64,000 nt of DNA from Bacteroidaceae bacterium (GTDB lineage: Bacteria > Pseudomonadota > Alphaproteobacteria > RF32 > CAG-239). The position numbers and the translations under genes were made by a program. The notes beneath the pieces were generated by a model. It saw nothing but the letters and a program-made list of their open reading frames with translations. It was not told the origin of the DNA and ran no database searches. The stretch spans positions 1,398 through 65,397 of the forward strand of contig CAVIDY010000008.1 in NCBI GenBank assembly GCA_963641885.1, given 5' to 3'. Position 1 is the stretch's first letter. Each line of letters opens with the position of its first letter. Shown one piece after another: positions 28,726-40,053 of this stretch.

Positions 28726-29040
28726 TTATTCCTTTATTAAGCCATTTAATTTTGCCGTAAATTCTTCAGTCGGCATCAGGTTAAGGCGCAGTTTTTTCAA
28801 ATGGTCGGTTTCTCCGCTTACCAAAGAAATTAAACTTTTGCCGATTTTGAGCTTTTTAGCCAATAATTCAATCAGAGCCTTATTAGCTTTGCCTTTTTCC
28901 GGCACAACCGTAACGGCTGCTTTCAAAAAAGCTTGATTGCTTTCATCAAAAAATAACCCCTTAAAACCGTTAAAAGACGCTCCGGGGGTTAGTTTTAAGC
29001 GCAGAAGATATGCATTATTTTCAATTACAAAAAAGCTCAT
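28726..29040 (-). CDS. DUF167 (YggU) family protein
   Basis: PEKGKANKALIELLAKKLKIGKS...SGETDHLK signature. Confidence 0.75.
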   Translation of the reverse strand: MSFFVIENNAYLLRLKLTPGASFNGFKGLFFDESNQAFLKAAVTVVPEKGKANKALIELLAKKLKIGKSLISLVSGETDHLKKLRLNLMPTEEFTAKLNGLIKE

Positions 29041-29357
29041 TGCATATATTGGTCAATCCAGCGGCTGAAGTGGTTAACAAACGAACCGATGAAAGCTATG
29101 CACAAAAGCAAAACATACGGCGCAACGTCATAACCGGAAAACGGCGGAACTTTTGAGCGGATATATTTGTAGGCAGGTTCGGTCAACAGTTTCAGTATAC
29201 TCATAAATTTTTCGGCATATTTGTTATGCACGGTCATAATTTTGTAGTGCAACATCCAATATAAAATTATATCTACCGCTACAATTTTAAAATAAATTCC
29301 GATAACCGCACTTAAAATATCCAGCACCGGCATAAGAAAAAGTCCGATAATTCCCAT
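29037..29357 (-). CDS. YggT family membrane protein
   Basis: 106 aa with 2-3 TM helices, upstream of a yggU-like gene as in many bacteria. Confidence 0.6.
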   Translation of the reverse strand: MGIIGLFLMPVLDILSAVIGIYFKIVAVDIILYWMLHYKIMTVHNKYAEKFMSILKLLTEPAYKYIRSKVPPFSGYDVAPYVLLLCIAFIGSFVNHFSRWIDQYMQ

Positions 29358-29383
29358 TTGTATTTTCTCCTTTATGGTTTGGG

Positions 29384-30280
29384 TCAGCGGTTTGTTTTAC
29401 CGCTTTCATAATTTTCTTCTAGCATATTAAAACGGCTGCTGTCAAACCTTCTTTTTCGCAATGCTCCGCGTAATTCGGCAATGCGACCGCCGATGTCGTC
29501 AAAAAGAGTGGCGCTTTTACCAAGATTGGTGTTAAACATTTCCGCTAAATTGTTAGAATTTAGGTTGGCGTTGCCGCGGGTTTCTCGGCGCAGCTGCAAA
29601 AGCATTAAGCGGCGCAGCCAGTTATCAAAGGCATAATCTTCTGACAAGTCTTCATCTTCATCATGGCTTATGCCTAGATTTTCTTTTTCTTTAGGACTTA
29701 TTGTATAGCCGTAGCCAAGTCCTTGCAAAGATTTAAGCATTTTATAAATAAGTTTGGCGCGCTCAAAATCCTGCTCGTCGGTGTTGACGGCAACGGCGTC
29801 TTTGGTATATTTGCGGATAAGGTCGTTCAGTTCGCGCAGGCTGCGGATTTTATAAATAAGCTGCCCCACAAGTTCGGAATTATCTAAAGAACGGCAGGAT
29901 TTAAGCAGCGCCAGCAGCACAAAAACCTGAAATTCTTTTTTATTGATTACGTCTAAAAACTTTTTGCGTTCCTCATAATCTTCTTCGGTGATGTAACCGT
30001 CGTTCATATGTTTTACAGTTTTTAGCGCGGCTTCCAGCAAATCATGATAGCGTTCGTCAAACGGCTTTTCTTCATTTTCGCCGTTAAGCTGATATTGCAG
30101 GGTTTTAATTACCTCAGAGCGGGCATATTGAGTATTGCCGATAGTCAAAGCGTCGGATTTGGGGGCTAAAATCAGTTCACGCAAAACGTCACGTGCACCA
30201 GCTTTATCCAGTTGCGGATAGCAGCTTTGCACAACTTGATATAAGCTATCAAAATATTTTCCGTCCTGATAAGGAAACAT
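29384..30280 (-). CDS. hypothetical protein translationally coupled to a TerB-domain gene
   Basis: 298-aa helical, charged ORF. Its ATG overlaps the upstream stop by 1 nt. Confidence 0.55.
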   Translation of the reverse strand: MFPYQDGKYFDSLYQVVQSCYPQLDKAGARDVLRELILAPKSDALTIGNTQYARSEVIKTLQYQLNGENEEKPFDERYHDLLEAALKTVKHMNDGYITEEDYEERKKFLDVINKKEFQVFVLLALLKSCRSLDNSELVGQLIYKIRSLRELNDLIRKYTKDAVAVNTDEQDFERAKLIYKMLKSLQGLGYGYTISPKEKENLGISHDEDEDLSEDYAFDNWLRRLMLLQLRRETRGNANLNSNNLAEMFNTNLGKSATLFDDIGGRIAELRGALRKRRFDSSRFNMLEENYESGKTNR

Positions 30281-30720
30281 TAGTCTTTTTCCTCAAAAAT
30301 TATTTTAGCTTGTTCCAGCCAAATAATGTGGTCAATAATCCAGTTGCTTATCTGCTCGATTTTTTCAAGCTCAACTCCCATAGCCAAGCCGATTTTGCCG
30401 ATTATCAAAGTTTCGTTGTCGGACAGTACATTGTCAACATGTGAAAGCATACACATTTCACGCATCAGTTCCAGCGCTAAATGGCGATTTTTGATTTTAG
30501 CCGCGTCTTTTATAACTTTTTCGGTGTCCTGACCGTCAATTATTTCTGATATGTTTTTAATTCCGTGGGAAACGGCAGCTTCGGTGATGAATTTTAATTC
30601 ATCGCTGTCAAAGTTGTCATCGGCGCAGGCTACTGCGATCAGTGCTTCAAAAAATATGCGCTTTTCTTCCATGGAAGCGGAATCTAAATATGAGGGTAAA
30701 ATATCTCTAATGCCGTCCAT
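30280..30720 (-). CDS. TerB-like (tellurite resistance TerB / DjlA N-terminal type) domain protein
   Basis: FEALIAVACADDNFDSDELKFI and a second DNVLSDNETLIIGKI half, typical of the TerB helical bundle. Confidence 0.55.
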   Translation of the reverse strand: MDGIRDILPSYLDSASMEEKRIFFEALIAVACADDNFDSDELKFITEAAVSHGIKNISEIIDGQDTEKVIKDAAKIKNRHLALELMREMCMLSHVDNVLSDNETLIIGKIGLAMGVELEKIEQISNWIIDHIIWLEQAKIIFEEKD

Positions 30721-30853
30721 AATGGCTCTCCTTTATTAAACTGAACCATATTTTAGCGAAAATCTCTTAATTTTTCAATAAAAAAGTATTTGTAAAAAAT
30801 TAAACTTTGGCGTACATAATAGGGCTATGTTATAACAAATTTACGGAGACGAT

Positions 30854-32188
30854 GTGTCTAAAAAATATTTTATAAAAACTTTCGGCTGCCAAATGAATGT
30901 CTATGATTCATCACGGATTGCCGATATGCTGAAAAATGAAGGCTATGAAGAGGCTAAAAAACAAGAAGACGCCGATTTAGTGCTGTTTAATACTTGCCAT
31001 ATCCGCGAAAAAGCTGCTGAAAAATTATTTTCGGATTTGGGACGAGCCCGCGAAATTGCCGAAGAACGCTTGGAAAAAGGCAAAAAAACCGTTATCGGCG
31101 TTGCTGGCTGCGTGGTGCAGGCAGAAGATGAGCAAATTGTAAAACGCGCGCCGTTTGTGGATTTTGCCGTCGGACCGCAGATGTATTATAAAATTCCGCA
31201 GATGCTTAAAGATATTGAACGGAAAAAAGGTCATGCCGGTTTGGTGGATACCGAATTTTCTGCTGACAGCAAGTTTGACTTTTTGCCGGAAAATAAAGCA
31301 CAAGGCGCTTGCTCATATTTAGCAGTGCAGGAAGGCTGCAACAATTTTTGCACATATTGCGTGGTGCCGTATACTAGAGGCGCGGAATATTCCCGTCCGG
31401 TTGCCGAAATTTTGAAAGAGGCAAAGCGTTTGATTGCCACTGGCACTTTGGAATTAAATTTGCTGGGTCAGAACGTAAACTCTTATCACGGCGAAGATGA
31501 AAACGGCAAAGAACGAGATTTGGCGTATTTGCTGCGGCGTGTGGCAGAACTGGATGGCTTAAAGCGTTTGCGCTATACCACTTCATATCCGGCTGATGTG
31601 AATGAGGATTTGATTGCCTGCCATCGTGATTTAAAAGTTTTGATGCCATATCTGCATCTGCCGATTCAATCAGGTTCTGATAAAATTTTGAAAGCGATGA
31701 ATCGCCGCCATACTTCCGGCGACTATTTGCGAATCGTGGAAAAATTGCAGAAAGCTAATCCGGATTTGCGGATGTCGTCAGATTTTATTGTTGGTTTTCC
31801 TGGGGAAACAGATGAGGACTTTCAAGCAACTTTAGATGTGGTAAACAAAGTGAAGTATATTCAGGCGTTTTCATTCAAATACAGCCGTAGAGCTGGAACT
31901 CCGGCGGCGATTATGCCTAATCAGGTAGAAGAAAAAGTTAAAAAAGAGCGTTTGGATATTTTGCAGACATTGCTGTTTTCTTATCAAGAGGCGTTTAATA
32001 AATCCTGCGTCGGCAAAGTGATGTCGGTGTTGTTTGAGCAAAAAGGTCGCCATAAAGGGCAGCTTATCGGGCGCACTCCGTATATGCAGAACTTGCATAT
32101 TGAAACGGAAAGTGATAATATAAACAAAATTATAGATGTGGAAGTTACAGAAGCTACCACAAACTCTTTAAGCGGAAAGGAGATTTAA
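30854..32188 (+). CDS. miaB: tRNA-2-methylthio-N6-dimethylallyladenosine synthase MiaB
   Basis: FIKTFGCQMN, radical-SAM CNNFCTYCVVP, and a TRAM C-terminus. GTG start. Confidence 0.9.
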   Translation: MSKKYFIKTFGCQMNVYDSSRIADMLKNEGYEEAKKQEDADLVLFNTCHIREKAAEKLFSDLGRAREIAEERLEKGKKTVIGVAGCVVQAEDEQIVKRAPFVDFAVGPQMYYKIPQMLKDIERKKGHAGLVDTEFSADSKFDFLPENKAQGACSYLAVQEGCNNFCTYCVVPYTRGAEYSRPVAEILKEAKRLIATGTLELNLLGQNVNSYHGEDENGKERDLAYLLRRVAELDGLKRLRYTTSYPADVNEDLIACHRDLKVLMPYLHLPIQSGSDKILKAMNRRHTSGDYLRIVEKLQKANPDLRMSSDFIVGFPGETDEDFQATLDVVNKVKYIQAFSFKYSRRAGTPAAIMPNQVEEKVKKERLDILQTLLFSYQEAFNKSCVGKVMSVLFEQKGRHKGQLIGRTPYMQNLHIETESDNINKIIDVEVTEATTNSLSGKEI

Positions 32189-32190
32189 CC

Positions 32191-33159
32191 ATGGCTGAAA
32201 TTTGTTTTGAACTGTTTAACAATCAACTTGTACAACAGCTGGTGGGGGCGGCGGATTCTAATCTGCGCCTGATTGAAAAAATGCTGAATGTCGAAATTTT
32301 GAGCTTTGGCAATCAAATTACGGTTAAAGGAGCAGCCAGTGATGTGGAAAGCGCCAAAAATGCGATTGAGCTACTTTATAATAAAGTGAGTCGCGGTATT
32401 GAAATTGGCGAGCAAGAAGTTAAAGCCGCAGTGCGTATGAGCGGAGAATGCCATACGGAAGATGATAAGCAGAACTTAAACGATATTGTTTTGAAAACTA
32501 AAAAACGCTATATTTATCCACGCTCGGCTACCCAAGCTAAATATATTCAGGAAATGATGAAAAACGAACTGGTATTTGGACTTGGTCCTGCCGGTACTGG
32601 TAAAACTTATTTGGCGGTGGCGCTGGCGGTATCTATGATGCTGGAAGGAACAATAGATAAAATCATCTTGTCGCGTCCGGCAGTGGAAGCAGGTGAAAAC
32701 TTGGGTTTCTTGCCTGGGGACTTAAAAGAAAAAGTAGATCCGTATCTGCGTCCGTTGTATGACGCTTTGTATGAAATGCTGCCGGCAGAGCAGGTGGATA
32801 AAAAATTGGCTCTCGGGGAAATTGAAATCGCTCCGCTGGCGTTTATGCGCGGACGTACTTTGGCAAACTCATTTGTGATTTTGGACGAGGCGCAAAACAC
32901 CACGCCGATGCAAATGAAAATGTTTTTAACCCGTTTAGGCGAAAACTCCCGCATGGTAGTTAACGGCGACTTGAGTCAGGTAGACTTGCCGCGCGGCGTG
33001 ATTTCTGGTTTGCGCGACGCTTTGGATACTTTGCGCAATGTTCCGAACATTTCATCTGTGACATTCAGTTCCAGCGATGTGGTGCGCCATGGTTTGGTGG
33101 CTAAAATCGTTCAAGCCTATGAAGAAAAAAGCAAAAAGATGCAAGAAGAACATGATTGA
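32191..33159 (+). CDS. phoH: PhoH-like ATPase
   Basis: GPAGTGKTYLAVA Walker A and ILDEAQN. Confidence 0.9.
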   Translation: MAEICFELFNNQLVQQLVGAADSNLRLIEKMLNVEILSFGNQITVKGAASDVESAKNAIELLYNKVSRGIEIGEQEVKAAVRMSGECHTEDDKQNLNDIVLKTKKRYIYPRSATQAKYIQEMMKNELVFGLGPAGTGKTYLAVALAVSMMLEGTIDKIILSRPAVEAGENLGFLPGDLKEKVDPYLRPLYDALYEMLPAEQVDKKLALGEIEIAPLAFMRGRTLANSFVILDEAQNTTPMQMKMFLTRLGENSRMVVNGDLSQVDLPRGVISGLRDALDTLRNVPNISSVTFSSSDVVRHGLVAKIVQAYEEKSKKMQEEHD

Positions 33160-33673
33160 TAGTTTTTTGAATCTAGATGTTGAAGATAACCGCTGGAGTT
33201 CGGCGGTTTCTCAAATAGAAAAAGTGTCGGAAGAAGTAAAAAACGCCGTGTTCGACTATGTGGCGGAACATACCGAATCGGAAGTTCTGCACGCAGGTTT
33301 GCCGATTATCGTCAATGTGTGCCTGAGCAATGATGAGCGCGTGCATGCTCTCAATAAAGAGTTCCGCGGCATGGATAAACCGACAAATGTTTTGTCTTTT
33401 GCCAATGTGGATTTTGAAGGCTTTGCGCAAGAGCGTGATTTGTATCAGGAAATTGAACTCGGCGATATCATTATTGCTTTTGAAACTATGCAGAAAGAAG
33501 CCGATATTGAAGGAATTTCTTTGCATGACCATTATTGCCATTTGTTGGCGCATGGTTTGCTGCATTTGCTGGGTTTTGACCACCAAACAAATGAAGAAGC
33601 CGAATATATGGAAGGCTTTGAAATTGATATTTTGCAGTCTATGGGCATCGCGAATCCATATAAGGAAGACTAA
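33152..33673 (+). CDS. ybeY: rRNA maturation endoribonuclease YbeY
   Basis: HGLLHLLGFDH zinc motif. The ATG at 33152 overlapping the phoH stop is preferred over the tracked start at 33077. Confidence 0.9.
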   Translation: MIDSFLNLDVEDNRWSSAVSQIEKVSEEVKNAVFDYVAEHTESEVLHAGLPIIVNVCLSNDERVHALNKEFRGMDKPTNVLSFANVDFEGFAQERDLYQEIELGDIIIAFETMQKEADIEGISLHDHYCHLLAHGLLHLLGFDHQTNEEAEYMEGFEIDILQSMGIANPYKED

Positions 33674-35254
33674 GTGGCAAAACTAAAGGCAATATGGCAA
33701 AAAATTTGCGGAACGGCAGCGCGGAGATATAAAACCTCGGCGCTGCTGTTTGGTTTGCTGCTGGTTGCCGCTTTGCCGCCTTTCTATCATATATGGGCTG
33801 TTTTTGCGGCTTTTTGCGGAGTATTCACATTGAGTCAGGGACAAAGCTCCGTGAAACGTTTGTCGGCTATTGGCTATTGGTTCGGTTTCGGTTATTTCTC
33901 CGTCGGATTTTATTGGGTTGGCAACGCGCTTTTGATAGACGCGGCGAAAACCGGCTGGCTCTATCCTTTTGTATTGCTTTTGGGCGGTGGATTTTTCGGT
34001 TTGTTTACGATTTTCCCGTTTGTGATGATGAAATTCGGCAAAACTAGGTTCAGCAAAATTTTATTGCTGGCGGTCGGTTGGTTTTTAAGCGCCGAATGGC
34101 TGCGCAGCGTGTTTTTAACAGGCTTTCCGTGGAATCCTCTCAGCTCAGTATTGGCTTTCAATCCCTTATGGCTGCAGACTTTGGCGTGGTGGGGAACTTA
34201 CGGCTTGTCTATGCAGGTTGTGATTATGGCGGCGTTGCCAGCAGTTTGGCTGCTGAATCCAAACAATCGCAATATTTGGGCGCCGTTTTGCTCTTTGTTG
34301 CTGATTTTTGGGCTATACCTATACGGCGATTTTGCTTTAGTGCAATGGGGCAGGTTAAATGTCGGAGAGCAAATCCGTGTGCGTTTGGTGCAGCCGAGCA
34401 TTCCGCAAACTATGAAATGGAGCCGCGATGCGGTAGAAAAGAATTTTGCGCAATATGTGGATTTAAGCCGCGCTGCAGGGCTGGAAAATATTGATTTTGT
34501 AATTTGGGGAGAAACCGCATCGCCGTTTAACTTGGCTTATGATTTAGAACATCGGGTTATGGCGCAGGAAGCGGTGCCGCCCAAAGGCTATCTGCTGGCG
34601 GGAATGCTGCAGGACGGCTACGACCAGAACACCGGCGACTATTTATTATATAACTCTTTGGTTGCAATGGATTATTTCGGGCAAATTCATGGTATTTACA
34701 GCAAAAACCATTTAGTTCCGTTCGGCGAATATATCCCGCTTAGGCAATATCTTCCCAAATGGGTAAAACCTTTGACTAATATGGTGGGGCAGTTTGCCAA
34801 AGGGGAAAAGTATCAGACTATAAAGTTGGACGGCTATGCTGAATTTGCACCACTGATTTGCTATGAAGTAATTTTTTCAGGTCAGATAGTGCGTAAACAA
34901 AATAAGCCGAAATGGGCGGTGGTGCTGACGAACGATGGCTGGTATGGTATCAGTGCCGGACCTTATCAACACTTGGTCGCCGCGCAGATGCGGGCGGTGG
35001 AAGAGGGAATTTCCATTGTCCGCAGCGCCAACAGCGGTATCAGCGCTGTGATAAATCCGTATGGAATAATCACTTCGCAAATCGGTTTGTCGGAACGCGG
35101 CTATATTGATGACGTAGTCAAAATCAGTATGTCGCATGACACGCTGTTTGGAAAATACGGCAACATGGCGCCGCTTTGCTTAGCTGGTTTGTTGGTGCTG
35201 CTGGCTGTTGCTATAAATAAATATTGGGAAATTGTAAAAAGGAATCAGGTATGA
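33674..35254 (+). CDS. lnt: apolipoprotein N-acyltransferase Lnt
   Basis: Multi-TM N-terminal region and a CN-hydrolase domain (WGE, LICYEVIF catalytic Cys). GTG start. Confidence 0.85.
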   Translation: MAKLKAIWQKICGTAARRYKTSALLFGLLLVAALPPFYHIWAVFAAFCGVFTLSQGQSSVKRLSAIGYWFGFGYFSVGFYWVGNALLIDAAKTGWLYPFVLLLGGGFFGLFTIFPFVMMKFGKTRFSKILLLAVGWFLSAEWLRSVFLTGFPWNPLSSVLAFNPLWLQTLAWWGTYGLSMQVVIMAALPAVWLLNPNNRNIWAPFCSLLLIFGLYLYGDFALVQWGRLNVGEQIRVRLVQPSIPQTMKWSRDAVEKNFAQYVDLSRAAGLENIDFVIWGETASPFNLAYDLEHRVMAQEAVPPKGYLLAGMLQDGYDQNTGDYLLYNSLVAMDYFGQIHGIYSKNHLVPFGEYIPLRQYLPKWVKPLTNMVGQFAKGEKYQTIKLDGYAEFAPLICYEVIFSGQIVRKQNKPKWAVVLTNDGWYGISAGPYQHLVAAQMRAVEEGISIVRSANSGISAVINPYGIITSQIGLSERGYIDDVVKISMSHDTLFGKYGNMAPLCLAGLLVLLAVAINKYWEIVKRNQV

Positions 35255-36669
35255 AAGAAAAAATATTAAGCCGCGTATTATGGGTATTTATAGCCATAAA
35301 TGTTATATATTTGTTTGCTTCTATTTTTATCAGCCGCCGCGCTGTCGGCGATGATTTGGAGCACATTCACGCTTCTTGGCTGGTTTGGCAAGGCTTAATT
35401 CCTTATACTGATTTTTTTGAACATCATCATCCTTTGATGTGGTATCTTTTTGCGCCGTTAACCGGACTTTTCAGCGGTAATGTTATGGTATTTTTGGTAA
35501 TACGCTGTATTATGGCGTTGGTTTCGCTGGCTGTGCTTTATGTGGTTTATCGTTTAATAAAAGATTTTTGGGGTAATAAAATTACCGCATTGATTGCCGT
35601 TAACTTGTTTTGTTTTAGCAATATTGCGCTTGACGCTATGGTTCAATTTAAGCCTGATACTTTTATGCATTTGTTCTTTTTTGTTGGATTATATTTGTTT
35701 TTTGCGTTTTGGAAAAATAACAAACAAAAGTATTTAAATTTGGCATTTTTGAGCTGGGGCGTTGGTTTTTTGTTTTTGCAAACTATTATCTTTTTGCTTT
35801 TCCCGCTCGGCTTATGCGGAATCTATTTGTTGGTTAAAAAGCAAATCAGCTGGAAAAATATTTTAAAGGCGCTTCCTTTGGGTTTGATGCCGTTGGCGCT
35901 GTTTGGCGTATATTTACTGATTTGTGGCAATGCGCAGCGTTATTTTGAAACAAACTGGCTGTTAAATTCGCATATTATGGAAGATATTTGGGATACGCGT
36001 ATAAAGGATTTCAGCGATTTATACGGGATACTTTGTTTGGGTGTTGCTTCGGCTATTTATTTGCTGATGAACAAGCCGAATAAATATGTGCTTTGCTTGT
36101 TGGTGATGTATGCAGTGGAGCTGCTGCTGCGCACTACCTACATTTCTATTTGGATGTATTACTTTAAGATTCTGATTCTGTACAATGCTGTGTTGATAGC
36201 GTTAGTTTGCGCCAAATTTTATGAAGTGAAAAAATGGGCGGCGTGGATTATTATGCTGCTGATGTTGCTGGGAAGTGGAAAATTTTGGCTGTTTGAAGGC
36301 TTAGAGCCTGATGAAATTGATACATTTTCAGTACTTGGAATAATGACGCATATTTCTCAGAACACGGATTCAGACGATGTAGTTTTGGGACTTTCAGGTC
36401 TTCCATTCGGTGTTTTCAATAAAGACGCTCACTATTATTGGTTTTCATGGAGTTATATGGGACTGCTGGACGAAAAATATTTTCACTATGCCGAACCTTT
36501 TGATATCAACAAAATCATAATCAAAACAAAACCAAAATATGTGTATTATGAGGAATTTAAAAAGAAGAAAAAAGAAAACCGTCAGCAATACGCCATAATG
36601 CCGCAGATTATATTCTCTATGTATCGTCAAGAAGTGTATGACACTTTGTTTAGACGGCGTGATGAATAG
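35251..36669 (+). CDS. polytopic GT-C-fold glycosyltransferase-like membrane protein
   Basis: About 12 TM helices. First loop GDDLEHIHASWLVWQGLIPYTDFFEHHHPL resembles GT-C (PMT/ArnT/GT87-like) loop motifs. ATGA overlap with lnt. Confidence 0.45.
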   Translation: MKEKILSRVLWVFIAINVIYLFASIFISRRAVGDDLEHIHASWLVWQGLIPYTDFFEHHHPLMWYLFAPLTGLFSGNVMVFLVIRCIMALVSLAVLYVVYRLIKDFWGNKITALIAVNLFCFSNIALDAMVQFKPDTFMHLFFFVGLYLFFAFWKNNKQKYLNLAFLSWGVGFLFLQTIIFLLFPLGLCGIYLLVKKQISWKNILKALPLGLMPLALFGVYLLICGNAQRYFETNWLLNSHIMEDIWDTRIKDFSDLYGILCLGVASAIYLLMNKPNKYVLCLLVMYAVELLLRTTYISIWMYYFKILILYNAVLIALVCAKFYEVKKWAAWIIMLLMLLGSGKFWLFEGLEPDEIDTFSVLGIMTHISQNTDSDDVVLGLSGLPFGVFNKDAHYYWFSWSYMGLLDEKYFHYAEPFDINKIIIKTKPKYVYYEEFKKKKKENRQQYAIMPQIIFSMYRQEVYDTLFRRRDE

Positions 36670-36757
36670 ATTTTTTATAACTTTGGTATGTATAGACTTT
36701 GGATTAAGACAAAGTTAATCTTTATTTTGCTATTTTGAAAAGATGAAATGCCTGTAA

Positions 36758-38220
<1,463 letters not shown>

Positions 38221-38221
<1 letters not shown>

Positions 38222-38616
38222 TGCAATTAACGGTTTGTTCGCCATTAGGCACGGTTTTAGAAACAAAAGTGTTAAAAGTTACGTTTGAAACGCTGAACGG
38301 CTTTTATACGCTGATGCCGAAGCATGTTGATTTTGTGGCGGCGATGAAACCGAACATAGTGCGATATACCGATGAAAACAATGATGAAAGTTATGTGGCC
38401 TGTCACCGCGGAATTGTGGTAAAAAAAGGACAAAACGTAACTATGAGCGTGCAAAACGCCGTAATCAGCAAATCGCTGGACACTCTTTCGCTGGTTATCA
38501 GAAATGATTTTAAAGAAAATGAAGAGCGCCGCAAAGAGCTTAATTTGGCAATGGCTCGTTTGGAACTTGGCTTGGTGCGCGGGTTCGGCAAACTCAAAGG
38601 AGATGAAAATGGCTGA
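38221..38616 (+). CDS. atpC: N-type ATPase epsilon subunit
   Basis: 131 aa. Position after beta with a TGATG overlap. Beta-sandwich plus helical hairpin size. Confidence 0.7.
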
Positions 38617-38959
38617 TGATTTTGACGATACGGCGGAAAAAGAAATTCGCAATACGCTGATTAAAAAGGCGCAGCAGCTTAAAACCAGCAAACAGCAGCG
38701 TTGGAATGCTAATTTTGGCATGATAGCCTCGCTGGGCGGTGTGATTATTGTACCGATTTTGCTGGGAGTTTTCAGCGGCGGCTGGTTGGACGAGCATTTT
38801 CCGGCTGATTTTTCTTGGCGTTTGAGTTTGTTGTTTTTAGGCTTTGTTTGGGGTTTGGTCAACGCTTGTTATTGGATAAAAAATGAAGAAACAAAAATAG
38901 AAAAAAATGAGCAAAGAACAATTGAAGGTTTAAAGCAAGGAGAAAAAAATGAGCGCTGA
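38603..38959 (+). CDS. atpQ: AtpQ (AtpI/AtpZ-like small membrane protein of N-ATPase operons)
   Basis: 118 aa with two TM helices (MIASLGGVIIVPILLGVFSGGWLD; LSLLFLGFVWGLVNACYWI). Position after epsilon. Confidence 0.6.
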   Translation: MKMADDFDDTAEKEIRNTLIKKAQQLKTSKQQRWNANFGMIASLGGVIIVPILLGVFSGGWLDEHFPADFSWRLSLLFLGFVWGLVNACYWIKNEETKIEKNEQRTIEGLKQGEKNER

Positions 38960-39296
38960 TTCTTATTTGGTGCAGATGTGGCGGCAAATGGCGCTGTGGC
39001 AGATGCTGGCGACGCCGCTTTGCGGAGCGTTGGTCGGCGTAATCTATTTTCAGAGTCTGCGCTGGAGTTTGAATCATTTAAGCACCTTCAAGCATAAAGT
39101 GCGTTTATTTGCAAGCGTGGCTTTGTTGCGTATTTTGTTGTTTTTCGGCGTGTTGGTGCTGATAGCACAGCATAATCCGGTGGTGGTTTTGCTGTATGTT
39201 TTAGTTTTTTTCGTTACTAAAATGGTAATAGTGGTACACGAAAAAGGACGGATTGTTAAATTTGACGAGGAGCAAAAAAACGATGGCGCTGTTTGA
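38949..39296 (+). CDS. atpR: AtpR (N-ATPase-specific membrane protein)
   Basis: 115 aa, hydrophobic, with Arg inside TM segments (YFQSLRWSL, LLRILLFF). Position between atpQ and atpB. Confidence 0.6.
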   Translation: MSADSYLVQMWRQMALWQMLATPLCGALVGVIYFQSLRWSLNHLSTFKHKVRLFASVALLRILLFFGVLVLIAQHNPVVVLLYVLVFFVTKMVIVVHEKGRIVKFDEEQKNDGAV

Positions 39297-40053
39297 TTTT
39301 GACTTTTCGCGTTGGTGGGATATTCCGCTTTCCGGACGGCAAATCGGGCTGGATAGCTATGACAAAATAATCCTGTTTAAAATCGGCGATATCGGAATAA
39401 ATGTGACAATTTTTAACAGCTGGTTGGTGATTGCTTTGATAGTTTTATGCTGCCGTTTGGCTACCCGCAATCTGTCATACGAGCGAAAAGCTTCGCGGCT
39501 GCAAGTGGCGTTGGAAGCACTGGTGCTGTGGCTGCAAAAAGAGGCAAATGAGATAAGCGGCTCTAAAACGAATCAATATTTAGGGCTGGCTATGGGGCTG
39601 TTCTGCTTTATTTTAGTCTGCAATTTGCTGACGGTTATTCCGTGGTTCCGCGCGCCGACGGCGTCTATCAGCACCACTATGGCTTTGGCGGCGGTTGTGT
39701 TTTTGGCAATACCATATTTTTCGGTTAAGAATGCTGGCTTAAAGGGATATTTAAAGAAATTTATCGATCCGATACCGCTGATGCTGCCGATGAATATTTT
39801 TAGCGAGTTTTTCTCGAGCTTTGCCATGGGACTGCGTTTGTTCGGCAATATGCTGAGCGGAGTGATGTTTGTGAGTATTCTTAGTGCTTTTATTCCGCTG
39901 ATTGCTCCGCTGAGTATGCAGGGTTTAGGTCTTTTAACCGGTTCAATTCAGGCATATATTTTTGCTTTGCTGGCGGTGGTTTATTCATCGAGCGTGCAGG
40001 GCGAAATTGTGCCGGAAAGTAATTTATCAAATTTAGAAAAAGGAGAACAATAA
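39283..40053 (+). CDS. atpB: N-type ATPase a subunit
   Basis: Essential Arg motif GLRLFGNMLSG and 5-6 TM helices. The ATG at 39283 is preferred. Confidence 0.8.
   Translation: MALFDFDFSRWWDIPLSGRQIGLDSYDKIILFKIGDIGINVTIFNSWLVIALIVLCCRLATRNLSYERKASRLQVALEALVLWLQKEANEISGSKTNQYLGLAMGLFCFILVCNLLTVIPWFRAPTASISTTMALAAVVFLAIPYFSVKNAGLKGYLKKFIDPIPLMLPMNIFSEFFSSFAMGLRLFGNMLSGVMFVSILSAFIPLIAPLSMQGLGLLTGSIQAYIFALLAVVYSSSVQGEIVPESNLSNLEKGEQ

Noticed and set aside
38272-38862. 196-aa minus-strand ORF across atpC/atpQ.
   Set aside because: It is antisense to a tightly packed, motif-supported atp operon, so it is a shadow ORF.
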